NCBI GenBank assembly: GCA_023473585.1
Contig: JAMCYU010000009.1
Location: 19,487 to 83,486, forward strand
Source of the DNA: Patescibacteria group bacterium
Lineage (GTDB): Bacteria; Patescibacteriota; Microgenomatia; JAMCYU01
Length of the DNA: 64,000 nucleotides
Direction: 5' to 3'
Below the pieces are notes generated by a model. That model was not told where the DNA came from. It did no database searches and saw nothing but the letters and a program-made list of their open reading frames with translations. Below, one piece after another: positions 46,960-57,288 of the stretch (position 1 is the stretch's first letter; each line of letters opens with the position of its first letter). The position numbers were made by a program, and so were the translations under genes.

Positions 46960-48017
46960 TGTCTAGGACGCGATAGATCCCGTACACTTGGAAAGATGTG
47001 AAAGGAATGTACAATGGCGTAACTATGAGGTTACGCTATTTATGGCCAAAAGGCCTTTCTAAACAAGTCCATCTTCTTTCCAGGGAGGGAAGAAAAAAGT
47101 TAGAGTGGATGGATTGGTATTTAACTCACGGCAAGAACGCCCGGGCAACGTGTCGGCATTTCTCTTTATCCCCAGACACCTTCTATGGGTGGAAGAAGAG
47201 ATTTAGAACCTCTGACTTAAAAAGTCTTGAAGACAACCATAAAACCAGAAGACTAAAACATCTAAGAGAAATGGTTATTCCTTTGTGGTTAATCGACAAG
47301 GTAGTTAATATCAGAAGAAATGATCCGGAGAAAAGTAAGTATGAAATTAAGGAAGAGCTAAAAAGAGAAGGGGTTAAATTAGGTTCTTCAACAATCCAGA
47401 AGATTATTAATCGTCATCCTGATCTTTTGAATTGCCAACATGTTAACCATGTAAGAAACCGTAGAAGACTGGCTATTACCAGAATTAAGGCTGCCAGAGA
47501 GCTCAAAGACAAAGACCCGGGGTCATTAGTTCAGATCGATACCAAACACTTATATATTTTAGGCCAAAGATTTTATCTTTTTGCGGCTATTGATAGCTTC
47601 TCCCGGATGGGTTATATTTCCTGTTACCAAACAGGTTCGTCACTTTCTGCCAGATTCTTTTTAGAAGAATTAAAGGAATATTTCCCTTTGGACATTAAGG
47701 CCATTCAAACAGACAATGGATCAGAGTATCTTTTAAACTTCCACCAAGCCTGTCAAGGTTTAGGTCTAACCCATTATTTTACAGATCCCTATTGTCCTAA
47801 ACAAAATGGCCGAGTCGAAAGATTTATTCAAACAGCCACTTACGAGTTCTTCAACTGGCAGGATGATCTTTTAGATGATATATTAATGCTTAAGGAAAGT
47901 TGCCAGAGATTTAATATTAAGTACAACAACGAACGATTTAATCAGGCCTTAAACTACCTGACACCAAAAGAATATTTACAAGAGAGGCAAGCGTACGTCA
48001 TCTAGGTGTCCAGCACA
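46960..48017 (+). mobile_element. IS481-family insertion sequence with both ends intact
   Basis: TGT...ACA ends, imperfect IRs (TGTCTAGGACGCGATAGATCCCGTACACTTG versus TGTGCTGGACACCTAGATGACGTACGCTTG) and AAAGT duplicated at 46955-46959 and 48018-48022. Confidence 0.88.
46998..48005 (+). CDS. IS481-family DDE transposase
   Basis: HTH, VQIDTK, IQTDNGSEY and PKQNGRVERF. Confidence 0.92.
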   Translation: MKGMYNGVTMRLRYLWPKGLSKQVHLLSREGRKKLEWMDWYLTHGKNARATCRHFSLSPDTFYGWKKRFRTSDLKSLEDNHKTRRLKHLREMVIPLWLIDKVVNIRRNDPEKSKYEIKEELKREGVKLGSSTIQKIINRHPDLLNCQHVNHVRNRRRLAITRIKAARELKDKDPGSLVQIDTKHLYILGQRFYLFAAIDSFSRMGYISCYQTGSSLSARFFLEELKEYFPLDIKAIQTDNGSEYLLNFHQACQGLGLTHYFTDPYCPKQNGRVERFIQTATYEFFNWQDDLLDDILMLKESCQRFNIKYNNERFNQALNYLTPKEYLQERQAYVI

Positions 48018-48058
48018 AAAGTTTGACACACTTTCTTTTACGTGTTAAGGTAGATACG

Positions 48059-48559
48059 ATGATGAAAAAAATAATCTCTTTAATTTTTATCGCTGCTCCC
48101 TTAATTTTAGCTTCATCCTCTGCCACGCTCGCTCACGCGAAAAGTCCTGTTGTCTCGCCGGCCAATCCCACAACCACGCCCACAATCATGCCGACAATCA
48201 CTCCAACACCGACCATCGTTAAAAGTGATTTTGCCATAGATTTAGAGGAGGGCGAAAAAGAGACAGCCAATGACGAAGAAGTGAAAAAACACCAAAAAGA
48301 GCAAAAAGACAATGAGAATGTCGGCGTCAACGAACAGGGCGAAGATGAAAACGAACAAGAAGAAATTGAAGAAAAGGATATGGAGCAGTCAAGCGAGGAT
48401 TTAAATGAAGATTTGGACGAAGAAGAAAACGATAACGACAAAAATCCAGAACAAGAGGAAAATGAAGAGGAAGAAGAAACAATTGAAAATAGAAATGTCA
48501 CCCCGGGAGTAACCAGTACTTCCCGTGAACAACCTGCCAATGGAAGAAATAACAACTAA
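48059..48559 (+). CDS. Secreted protein with a PT linker and a very acidic tail
   Basis: Signal peptide, PTTTPT repeats and an E/D/N-rich region. TTGACA-17 bp-TAAGGT promoter upstream. Confidence 0.7.
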   Translation: MMKKIISLIFIAAPLILASSSATLAHAKSPVVSPANPTTTPTIMPTITPTPTIVKSDFAIDLEEGEKETANDEEVKKHQKEQKDNENVGVNEQGEDENEQEEIEEKDMEQSSEDLNEDLDEEENDNDKNPEQEENEEEEETIENRNVTPGVTSTSREQPANGRNNN

Positions 48560-49172
48560 ACCAATTTCTGAAACCAAAACAAATCTGCCGGCTAATGATG
48601 GAGAAGTCAAACCTACGTCAGTGCCGGATGAGACGCCAATTCTGCCCCAAAAATCCCCAAATTCACCAAAGACTTTATGGTATATTCTCGGCGGAATCGT
48701 CGTGGTTCTTCTGATTTCAATTGCCGGAATATTTGCCGCTTTACAAAAACCCAAAAAAACCACCCTGCCGACAGCGCAGCCGACTATTCAACAACCAATA
48801 CCTTCACCAAAACCAACCCTACCTCGCAGTAAAGCGCCTGGGATCGTTACTAATGTCCTAACCGCCTCCTCTCTTGACGCCCAAGGCAAAGCTGTGACCC
48901 CGATTACGACTTTTGCTAAAACAGAAAAAAACATTTATCTGGCCTTAACGGTTAATAAGCCAGCCGTGGGAACAAAAATTGAATATATCAGATATTTAAA
49001 CGGAAAATATTTGGATAATGGCACCAATAAAATCTTAAAACCCAATATTACTTACACGAGTTTTGTTTGGAGCTTAACTAAAACTGGAGCCGCACATCCG
49101 ATAGGAACCTATAAAGTCAAGGCCTACACCAACGGCGTCTTTGAAAAAGAAACTTCATACACGGTTCAATAA
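48540..49172 (+). CDS. Membrane-anchored Pro-rich protein with a C-terminal beta-sandwich
   Basis: Single TM helix, Pro/Thr stalk and GTYKVKAY tail. Confidence 0.65.
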   Translation: MEEITTKPISETKTNLPANDGEVKPTSVPDETPILPQKSPNSPKTLWYILGGIVVVLLISIAGIFAALQKPKKTTLPTAQPTIQQPIPSPKPTLPRSKAPGIVTNVLTASSLDAQGKAVTPITTFAKTEKNIYLALTVNKPAVGTKIEYIRYLNGKYLDNGTNKILKPNITYTSFVWSLTKTGAAHPIGTYKVKAYTNGVFEKETSYTVQ

Positions 49173-49197
49173 CCTCGCTAGTACTTTTGCTCCCAGT

Positions 49198-49789
49198 TTA
49201 AGGGACTCTATCCTTAGGGTTGGCTTGCTTTTTTTGGGTATTAAAAAATCCTGAAATAAACACAAAAATACCACTAATCAAAACCAGCCATTTGGCGATA
49301 AAAATCCAAATAAATAATATTTGAGCTTCCGAAGGGACCATTAGAGCCGATATTGACATCATGGTAAGTACCGGCCCGGGTAAAAGAGGAATAAAAGAAT
49401 AAAACAAACCAAGGAAAAGCAAAATGATACCAATAAATAAATTATTTCTTTTAGTTAAAAGCAAGACTAAACAAAAAATAATCGCCACGTTAAAAAACAT
49501 CAGCCATAAATACAAACCCAATAAGCCGGCTTTAATAATCACCCAGAGTAAATCAACAAGGAGTAAAAATCCCAAGATTTTGCGTATCCAAAGAAGTATT
49601 TTATAAAACAGCAACGGAAGAACGGTTTTTTGGACTTTTTCTTTAATAAAAACCCATCAATAATAAAATAATTCCCAAAATCAGAAAATCCAAAGAGATA
49701 CTGGCAACAAAATCAGATTTAAAAAAGATAAAGGTTGAAAGAAAAGAAAATACGGAAGCGAAGATAATCAAAAGGCCGATTTTTTTCAC
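49198..49789 (-). pseudogene. Multi-pass membrane protein split by a 1-nt frameshift
   Basis: GTG 49789 gives MKKIGLL...LMGF, which joins IKEKVQKTVLPLLFY if the A5 run at 49648-49652 were A4. Confidence 0.6.
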
Positions 49790-49792
49790 TAA

Positions 49793-50899
49793 CTAAAGTT
49801 TTTGAGTAAACCAGAGTTTAATTTCTTCTAATGCCTTGGAGTTTTTGATCGTCCAGCCGCCTAAATCGGCCGGCGGGTCTAAGATGATAAATCCGGCAAC
49901 TTGTTCTTTTCCTTGCTCGAAAATAATTTGGTGAACTTTAACCTTGCCCTCTTCGCTAAATTTTAAGGCCCCGCCCCAGACTCCCACTTCGGCAAAAATA
50001 ACTTTGGGAACAGCGTCTCTTTTGGCCGCCTTGTTGGCGTTTTCAACCGCACCTTTTACGATGGATGGAAAAGAGGAAAGGCTTTGGGTTTCTGCTCCTC
50101 CGGGCGCCGTAAAATCGATTCCCAGAAGATCATAACCCTTAAAATTAATCTGTTGGATTTGCGGATTAACTCCCAAGCCGACTTTCCATAAAACCTTGCC
50201 CTTATAATTACTTTTTATTTTCGGCAGGATTTTTTGCCCCCAGGAAGAAGAAACCCCTATTCCCAGCTTCATATCCGCCTCATTAAGGGGCGAGAAAAAC
50301 TCAAATTGATATTTTTGGGCCAATTTAGACAGATCTTCAATTAAACTGTCGTATTTATCCATAAAACCAGGAGTAGCGGCTACTTCTTTAGGGATTCGCC
50401 TCGGTTCGCCCCCGGAACGGCTGTTTAAATCAGTGGCGTAGTCAAGTTCCGGCGACATAAAAACCCTGATGCCGGCTTGATAATATCTGGCCGTTATTTC
50501 GTTTAAACGCTGATCCAAATAATCCAAGGGAAGAGCTTGGATTTCGCCTTTATCGTTAATTTTAATATTCGGCGCGATCCCGACAATATTGACGCCCGTA
50601 GCGCGCAAGATTTTGGTATCGTTCATCGGCTGGCAGGCATCTTCCATAAAAGAACAGGGCAGCCAAAAGCCTTTGTAAACAGAGACTTTTCCCGAAGGAG
50701 GTTTTACTTTTGGCTTAAGAGTATCGAGAGAATATGATCCGGCACCACCAGGCCGCCCTCCCCAATCTTGGCTCGGTCCTCCTCCTGGCGGCCCGCCGCG
50801 GAAACGACCTTGTCCAATTAAAGCCGCAACCATACCCACGATCACAATCAGAATAAAAACTAAGAATAATTTACGAAGAGACAATTTCTTTAGTACCAT
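49793..50899 (-). CDS. Membrane-anchored clan GH-A glycoside hydrolase-like protein (GH113/GH5-like)
   Basis: TM helix, Gly/Pro linker, putative acid/base SPLNE and nucleophile IFAEVG. Confidence 0.6.
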   Translation of the reverse strand: MVLKKLSLRKLFLVFILIVIVGMVAALIGQGRFRGGPPGGGPSQDWGGRPGGAGSYSLDTLKPKVKPPSGKVSVYKGFWLPCSFMEDACQPMNDTKILRATGVNIVGIAPNIKINDKGEIQALPLDYLDQRLNEITARYYQAGIRVFMSPELDYATDLNSRSGGEPRRIPKEVAATPGFMDKYDSLIEDLSKLAQKYQFEFFSPLNEADMKLGIGVSSSWGQKILPKIKSNYKGKVLWKVGLGVNPQIQQINFKGYDLLGIDFTAPGGAETQSLSSFPSIVKGAVENANKAAKRDAVPKVIFAEVGVWGGALKFSEEGKVKVHQIIFEQGKEQVAGFIILDPPADLGGWTIKNSKALEEIKLWFTQKL

Positions 50900-50949
50900 A
50901 AAAGATTATTACGTGTCAGATTGTAAATGCTTTTTAGGATTCGCTTTGT

Positions 50950-51416
50950 CTAATTACCGCTTTTAGGCAAAGACTCACACACCACGCCGTCTTTGTCGCC
51001 ATCAAGACGGTTGATGTCGTTCCTGTGCCTCCGACTTTTTCAAAAAAGGCCTAGGCTTGGGGTTGAGTTTTAAAATCATCACAGTTATAATCATTGGCTT
51101 TTTTCCCTTTAGAAGAGTCCGTGGTGATATTTCCTAATTTATCAAAAAGAAGATTTCCCTGTTTGTCTCGGCTGACCTTTGATTCTTGAAAAGATTTTGT
51201 CTGCCAAAGTTTTCCTAAATCCCAATCATTCTGTGAAACTTCAAGTCCCAAAGCCGCCAAAAGGGCAATAAAAGCGACTATAAGGACAAGCCGCAGTTTT
51301 TCAAAGAAAAAAAACAGGATGGCGACAATAGCCAGAAGAAAAATAATAAACCAAAGCCGAAATTTATGGCTGCCCCTAGCTTGTTGAAGCATTGAAGGTT
51401 TTTCTTCTTCCTTCAT
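50950..51416 (-). pseudogene. Excalibur calcium-binding domain membrane protein, disrupted
   Basis: DYNCDDFKTQPQA-TAG-AFFEKVGGTG, then a frameshift to DINRLDGDKDGVVCESLP. Confidence 0.8.
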
Positions 51417-51474
51417 AATTTTATTATATTTTTTCGTTGGTTAATTTGCAATACATAAAAGGAGTAATTTTAAA

Positions 51475-51750
51475 TCAAGACTTATGGGAAGACAGGTGTT
51501 TATTTGAAATCCTGATTTCGCTATGAACATGGTAAAGAGCGGCAAGAATCGCTAGGGATAAATAGACATTCCAAATAGGGATGTCATAGAATGTTGCACA
51601 GGGACTTTTTGATATAGGCGAAATGACTCCGCAGATCGCACTGTATAATTCCCGGTCAAAATTAAACATATCGACAACAGCAACCAGAAAGAAAAGTAAG
51701 AGAAAGATGAAGAATAAACTATGATAACGAATTACGCTTATAAATTTCAT
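51475..51750 (-). CDS. Small membrane protein
   Basis: Two TM helices with a Cys pair between them. Confidence 0.55.
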   Translation of the reverse strand: MKFISVIRYHSLFFIFLLLFFLVAVVDMFNFDRELYSAICGVISPISKSPCATFYDIPIWNVYLSLAILAALYHVHSEIRISNKHLSSHKS

Positions 51751-52044
51751 CTCTCTTTTATAGTATACGCTTCTTTTAAAACTTGCAAGTCTCTAAAAAC
51801 AGGGAGATAAAATCAAGCCGATACTAGGCATGAAGGATTTCCGAAGAATCAAATCATTTCAGTTTTTACTTAAAGAGAACTTATTATTATTCCTCCGACA
51901 ATACTCGCAATTAAAGCTATCAAAAACCAATTCATGGTTGAAGTATATCAAAAAAGTCTTCTAAGTTAATACACTGTATTTTTAGTTGTAAAAAATATTG
52001 AAATTTGTTTAACTTATATTAGGGTTAAACCAATATAAAAAACA

Positions 52045-53175
52045 ATGAAGAGAATTAAATTATCCAAACGGCAATTTGGGCTTATTGTTTTAGGTTTACT
52101 GGTTCTGCTTAGTTCTCTTTTTTTTATTTATTTTCGGCAAAACCGGCTGGGCTTCTTAAACGGTGGGCCTGGACAACAACCAGGCCGGGGACAAAGGCCG
52201 GAAGGGGCGCAAGATTTTGGCGGATCCCCTCAAACGACAAATAAACCCCGCTGGAGTGGTCCAATTCCCACTCCTCCTAAAGATAAAATTACTTTTTATA
52301 AAGGCCTTTGGGCAGGCACGTGGTTTTACCCTGAACAATATAGCGGAGTAAAACCTGAACCTGAAAAATATAAAAGTTGGGGAGTAAATATTGTTAATAT
52401 TCAACCGGGTTTTGAGATTAACAGCCGCGGCGAGACGCGCTATCCCATAGACTATCCCACTTATGAAGATCTAGATGCCTGGTTTGGCCAGTTGGCTGAA
52501 TTATTTTATAAAAACAATATCCATCTGGCGATGACGGTGATGATTCATTATAAAGAAGAATTTGTTCGCGGCGTTGACTGGGGAGGAGAAACCGCCTATG
52601 TTCCCAAAGAAAAAACTCAAAGTCAAGGGTATTTTAAAAATTATGATGTCATCGTACAGGATATGGCTAAAATTGCCGAGAAATACCATTTTGATCTCTT
52701 TAGTCCGATGGGAGAACCGGAAAACGTGTTTTTGGATGCCAAACTGGCCTCTGACTGGAACCAGCAAATTCTTCCCAAGATTAAAAAATATTATCACGGA
52801 AAGGTTTATTACAAAGGAGATTTACATAAAGGCCAAGGAAACACCATGAACTTTAAGGGCTATGACGTTTTGGGAATGGTTACCAGCCCTACTGAACCAC
52901 AGGCGACTAAAGAAGAATTAAGAAAGTCGTTTGATTTTGACATGGAGAGAGTTCTTGTTTGGGCAAAACGAGATGGGGCTTCCGAGGTAGTAATATCTGA
53001 ACATGGTTATCTGGGAGAAAACAAAATGGCCCCACCTGAAAATATTGGAATTGTTTTGGAAGAAGGTAGTAAAAAATTAAACGGGGTCTTTTTGACCGAA
53101 CCCTTCCCCGCCGTTTTAAAAACAACCCAAGGAGAACAAATAGTTGGAGAGATGAAACGATGGTTTCTAAAATGA
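52045..53175 (+). CDS. Membrane-anchored clan GH-A glycoside hydrolase-like protein, paralog of 49793-50899
   Basis: YKGLW, GVNIV, SPMGEPE, NFKGYDVLG and VISEHG, matching the paralog. Confidence 0.6.
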   Translation: MKRIKLSKRQFGLIVLGLLVLLSSLFFIYFRQNRLGFLNGGPGQQPGRGQRPEGAQDFGGSPQTTNKPRWSGPIPTPPKDKITFYKGLWAGTWFYPEQYSGVKPEPEKYKSWGVNIVNIQPGFEINSRGETRYPIDYPTYEDLDAWFGQLAELFYKNNIHLAMTVMIHYKEEFVRGVDWGGETAYVPKEKTQSQGYFKNYDVIVQDMAKIAEKYHFDLFSPMGEPENVFLDAKLASDWNQQILPKIKKYYHGKVYYKGDLHKGQGNTMNFKGYDVLGMVTSPTEPQATKEELRKSFDFDMERVLVWAKRDGASEVVISEHGYLGENKMAPPENIGIVLEEGSKKLNGVFLTEPFPAVLKTTQGEQIVGEMKRWFLK

Positions 53176-53807
53176 AAACAATCGCCTACGTTTCGGGGAA
53201 AATCGAAACAAGGAGTCGAGAATGTTTTGTTGGGGATCAAAAAGTCGATTGCCCGCAAAGTGGTAAAGCGTTTACCACCGGAGGCGACAAACTCGATCTC
53301 TTGCCGCAAATTCCTTTTTTGGAAAAACGCGGTGATCCGATTTTCTTCACCATTCTCCTTGCCACCATTATCTTTTTTGCCGCGCTAACCGTATTCAGGA
53401 TTAAAATTTTTGGCAAAACTTTGGCAGAATACATTAAGCCAATTTGGTTTCTTATTTTAATTTCCATCGCGGCTGTAGCCTGGCAGTATTTGTTTGGACT
53501 GAAGATTGATGATAATTTTATGTCAATAAAGATTAGCCAGTGGCTTTGGGAGATATGTATTGCCGTTTCGGCTTATAAATTAATTAAAAACTCAAATTTT
53601 GGCTATGGCAATTTGTTTTTCTTGGGAATTTTGTACAGTCTCATTATTCACGGACTAAAGGTCACGGTTAGATACCTTTTTTACGAAAAGACGTTTTTAT
53701 ATCTAGCTGACAGGTTTTTATACGGGAGTTTGCTCGTAATGATGATTATCTTTATGGGCGGATCAATGTTTCTCTACTTCAGGCAAAAAGGGATAATCAA
53801 ATTTTAA
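53172..53807 (+). CDS. Multi-pass membrane hypothetical protein
   Basis: About five hydrophobic helices; start overlaps the upstream stop. Confidence 0.6.
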   Translation: MKTIAYVSGKIETRSRECFVGDQKVDCPQSGKAFTTGGDKLDLLPQIPFLEKRGDPIFFTILLATIIFFAALTVFRIKIFGKTLAEYIKPIWFLILISIAAVAWQYLFGLKIDDNFMSIKISQWLWEICIAVSAYKLIKNSNFGYGNLFFLGILYSLIIHGLKVTVRYLFYEKTFLYLADRFLYGSLLVMMIIFMGGSMFLYFRQKGIIKF

Positions 53808-53808
53808 A

Positions 53809-55977
53809 CTAATCCCCTCCCGAACAATCCTTAGGGCAGCTTTCTTTTGTCTCACCCAAACCTGGTTCACAAATAGTATTTCCGCACCCGCTTTCAGTCT
53901 TTCCTCTATTAATTACACCGTCTTTATTTTCATTCTTAATCACTTTCCCTGACGCTGGTTTTGTCTGCTCACCCTGTTTTAATAATTTTGCATCAGGGTT
54001 CTTATTAAATAAAACTGTTGTTATCGTCAGAATCAAAAATAAGGTCGTCAAGATTATCAGCGCTATGGTAACTTTTTTCCCTGTAAGTTTTAAAAAAGAA
54101 AGTTTAGAAATGTTAAACTGTGTCAGTATCTTTTTTTGACTCTCAAGGAATTTTAATTTTCTAACTGCCGTAAAAAGCCCAAGCAATAGTGCAAATCCTA
54201 AAAAGCCAAAACCAAACAACATGCCCGGGAGTTTTCCTCTGGTTGTTTTAAAATTCGGGTCGCAATCTTGTTTGCAATTATCAATTGCTTCCGGTCCTTC
54301 GCATTTTCCATCGCCACAAAGACTTGTCGCTGCTTTTTGACCCGTGCCATCTCCTCCCATCGTGTCATTTCTGGGTTTTGGCTCGATAACCGTCGTACAT
54401 GGGAAAGTTTTACCGCTGCTATTAATGCTTTCAAAAAAATAAACTGATCCTCCCGTTCCAGCTGCGATATATTTTCCATTTCCTGAAATATCGATTTCCT
54501 CAACATATTCATCAAAAGAAATCTCTTTTCCGACTTCGTTACCTTTTTCAAAAAGATGAAGTTTTTTGTCTGTTCCGCCGGCCGCGATAAAACTGCCGTC
54601 ATCACTTATATCCACCCCTCCCAAAGCCGTGTTGTTGACAACCCACGTAGCAACAGGAGAACTTTTATCCTTTTCAAAAATATACGCCTGCCCGCCAAAA
54701 GTCGCCGCCCCAATAAACTTTCCATCAGGGGTAAAGTTTAAGGCTCTGACCGAACTGCCATTTTGCGTTGGGAATTTCCATACCGGTTCTTTAGAATCTG
54801 TTTTAAAAAGAAAAACGGCTCCGGCGTCAGATTCGCTGCCGATAGCCGCGAGTGTTCCGTCAGCAGAAATTTTTGCCCGATGGACAGGAGAATCTCTGGT
54901 TAGCATCTCTGATTGAATCAGCGGCGTGTTTGAGTCACGCGAAAAAACATAAAATCTTCTATCCGGGCAACCTGTTGCGCCAACAACGAATTTTCCATCG
55001 CTGGACAAAGAAACGTCATGGAAATTACCGGAAGAGTGATATTGCCACAGCGGTTTTTCGCTTTTTTCGTTCCATAAAATAAGAAGATTTGAATTGGTGT
55101 TTGATTCTGTTCCGCCTGTTCCGGCGGCCATATATTTCCCGTCTTTGGAAATGGCCACGTTATAGGCATTTCCTACATGATTATAGCGCCATAAAGGCTT
55201 ATTGCTTGAGCTATCAAAGAAAAGAGTGCTTTCGGCAATTGAAGCAATAATTTTTGAGCCGTCTTCGGAAATAGCGATTCCGCCTTTTAGATCTCCCCCG
55301 ATTTCATTATTCTGATCATGGGTGTAAACCCATTTAGGTTCTTTGGTATTATTCAAGTCAAAGAAATAAACATGGCGCGAGGTTTTAGCCGCTAAATACT
55401 TTCCGTCATCCGACAAGGCCACTCCGCCAACCCATTCTTCTTTAGTCGGATAGCTTAAAACCTTTTGTCCGTTTTTACTGTCTATAACCGCAATTTCATT
55501 TTTGTCAAAAGCGCTATCAAAAAGAACCGGCCCATTATCAGGAGAATCGATTATTGAGGCGCGCGCTTTTCCTAAACCGTTTGAGGCCTCAAAATAGTAA
55601 AAGTTAGATCCCAGTTTATTGGGAACAAATTTATATTCGTAGCTAACACCCTTTTGGTAATCTTCCTTGCTCGGTGAAACATCTGGAGAAGTTGTATCCA
55701 TCTCAATCGGTTTGCCGTTAAAGATAATTCTCATGTATTCGGGTTTTCGGCCTTCTTTATCGCGATAAGTAACCGTATATGTATATCTTTGGCAAACCGG
55801 TCCCCACATGGGATAAACGAAATTATTAAAAAGTTCAGGATCATTTGGCGTTTTTGGAAGCTTGGGAATAATACCGGAAGTTGTCCATGAGTTTGGAATA
55901 TTTTTATCTTCGGCAAAGACGGGATTAAAAAAGGAAAAAGCAAAAATAAAGATTAAAACCAACCCTAACTTTTTCAT
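53809..55977 (-). CDS. Secreted WD40-like beta-propeller protein with Cys-rich repeats and two TM helices
   Basis: Signal peptide, repeated (V/I)xISxDGxxxAA blades, CGDGKCE...CKQDC and CGNTICE...CPKDC. Confidence 0.8.
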   Translation of the reverse strand: MKKLGLVLIFIFAFSFFNPVFAEDKNIPNSWTTSGIIPKLPKTPNDPELFNNFVYPMWGPVCQRYTYTVTYRDKEGRKPEYMRIIFNGKPIEMDTTSPDVSPSKEDYQKGVSYEYKFVPNKLGSNFYYFEASNGLGKARASIIDSPDNGPVLFDSAFDKNEIAVIDSKNGQKVLSYPTKEEWVGGVALSDDGKYLAAKTSRHVYFFDLNNTKEPKWVYTHDQNNEIGGDLKGGIAISEDGSKIIASIAESTLFFDSSSNKPLWRYNHVGNAYNVAISKDGKYMAAGTGGTESNTNSNLLILWNEKSEKPLWQYHSSGNFHDVSLSSDGKFVVGATGCPDRRFYVFSRDSNTPLIQSEMLTRDSPVHRAKISADGTLAAIGSESDAGAVFLFKTDSKEPVWKFPTQNGSSVRALNFTPDGKFIGAATFGGQAYIFEKDKSSPVATWVVNNTALGGVDISDDGSFIAAGGTDKKLHLFEKGNEVGKEISFDEYVEEIDISGNGKYIAAGTGGSVYFFESINSSGKTFPCTTVIEPKPRNDTMGGDGTGQKAATSLCGDGKCEGPEAIDNCKQDCDPNFKTTRGKLPGMLFGFGFLGFALLLGLFTAVRKLKFLESQKKILTQFNISKLSFLKLTGKKVTIALIILTTLFLILTITTVLFNKNPDAKLLKQGEQTKPASGKVIKNENKDGVINRGKTESGCGNTICEPGLGETKESCPKDCSGGD

Positions 55978-56229
55978 ACTCTATTTCATTCTAGCAAAAA
56001 ATTAAACAGGAAGTAAATTGTGAAGTCATATTAAGTGCCAACTGGTTTACACTGAGTTTATCGAATGTGCTCGAACGATGGTATGATTATAGAACAACTG
56101 ACTGGGCAAGTGAGCTGGAATATCCAGAGTTTACAACGAAGGAAGTGAATCGCTTCCTTCACATTAACTCGCGCTTTCTGGCTTCACCTCCCATGCCTAT
56201 TCCATCAAGAAACGAACTGCTTCATCCAG

Positions 56230-56272
56230 CGTAACGCCGTCTGTTGGCTTGTAGCAGGCTTTCATGACTGGG
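56230..56272. repeat. Imperfect direct repeat, copy 1
   Basis: 34/43 ungapped identity to 62391-62433. Confidence 0.65.
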
Positions 56273-56351
56273 ACGGCGTAAGTTTTACTTCTGTTTGGCT
56301 TCATCAACCCTGTTAAGCATATGTTAAGGATGCAGAAAAATTAAAGACTGG

Positions 56352-57284
56352 TTACCAAAACCTCCAACCCTTTAAGGCTCTTTCATAGACTCGGGAGGGT
56401 TTAGAACCTACAAACACCTCACCATTAATAAAAATAGTTGGCGTTCCGTAAATGTGGATTTTCTGAAGCTCAACAGACTGTTTGCCGACTGCTTCTTGAG
56501 TAGATGGATCAGCTATACATTTTTTAATTTCGGAAAGATTATAACCAACCCCTGAAGCAATATTCTCGACAAAACTGACGCTGCTGATCTTTTCTTTATC
56601 AGAAGCGAATATCTTATCGTTAAGCTGCCAAAACTTATCCTGATCCTGTTTGTAAGCACAGTAACCAAACTCTGATAGAAAATTTGTCTCACTCTTAACT
56701 GGGAAGTGGGCAAAAGTAAAACTCACATCGTTACTTTTGACCAGCTTTTGAATCATCGGATAAGCCTTGCGGGTATAATCACACTCATAGCAACCGATAA
56801 AAACAATTTTATCTTTGGCGTTTTTGTTTTTGACAGGGAAAATATCAAGATTAACTCCGCTTAAAGTCAAATCTTTTTCTGTGGTCTTCTCTGAACTACA
56901 CTGGGTAGAAACCTGTGATACTTTATTATTTTCTCCCGCAGGGTCAAACACACAAAAACCTGATTTATTTAACCCGTTACAGCTTCCATAAAGGTAGTAG
57001 TTGTATCCACCTTTAATAACAAAAAGGGTGCTTCCAATGGTCAAAATTACGAATGTCCAAGATATCAGCTCAAAGTGTTTATTAAAGATACGAGCAGCAA
57101 GGACAGAACGACTTAATAATTTCCCCACAATCTTGCCTTTAATTTTTTCATTGAAGCCTGTCGTGCAAGGTCTAAAGGTAACCCGCCTTAACACACAATC
57201 AAGTGCTTCTTTGGCTAAAGCACGGTGAGTAGCGCTAAAAATACCCAAGATTGAAAAGACAATAAGAGCAATGATGCAAATCAT
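56352..57284 (-). CDS. DsbA/thioredoxin-fold protein with a Cys-rich membrane N-terminus
   Basis: FAHFP, FWQLNDKIF and GTPTIFING; active-site region GCYECDYT. Confidence 0.75.
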   Translation of the reverse strand: MICIIALIVFSILGIFSATHRALAKEALDCVLRRVTFRPCTTGFNEKIKGKIVGKLLSRSVLAARIFNKHFELISWTFVILTIGSTLFVIKGGYNYYLYGSCNGLNKSGFCVFDPAGENNKVSQVSTQCSSEKTTEKDLTLSGVNLDIFPVKNKNAKDKIVFIGCYECDYTRKAYPMIQKLVKSNDVSFTFAHFPVKSETNFLSEFGYCAYKQDQDKFWQLNDKIFASDKEKISSVSFVENIASGVGYNLSEIKKCIADPSTQEAVGKQSVELQKIHIYGTPTIFINGEVFVGSKPSRVYERALKGWRFW

Positions 57285-57288
57285 ATAT

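Noticed and set aside
48133-48555. 140-aa Ser/Phe-rich minus-strand ORF
   Set aside because: Mirror of the Glu-rich plus-strand gene.
51051-51053. TAG readthrough in the Excalibur gene
   Set aside because: A separate frameshift about 30 nt further along the gene indicates pseudogenisation.
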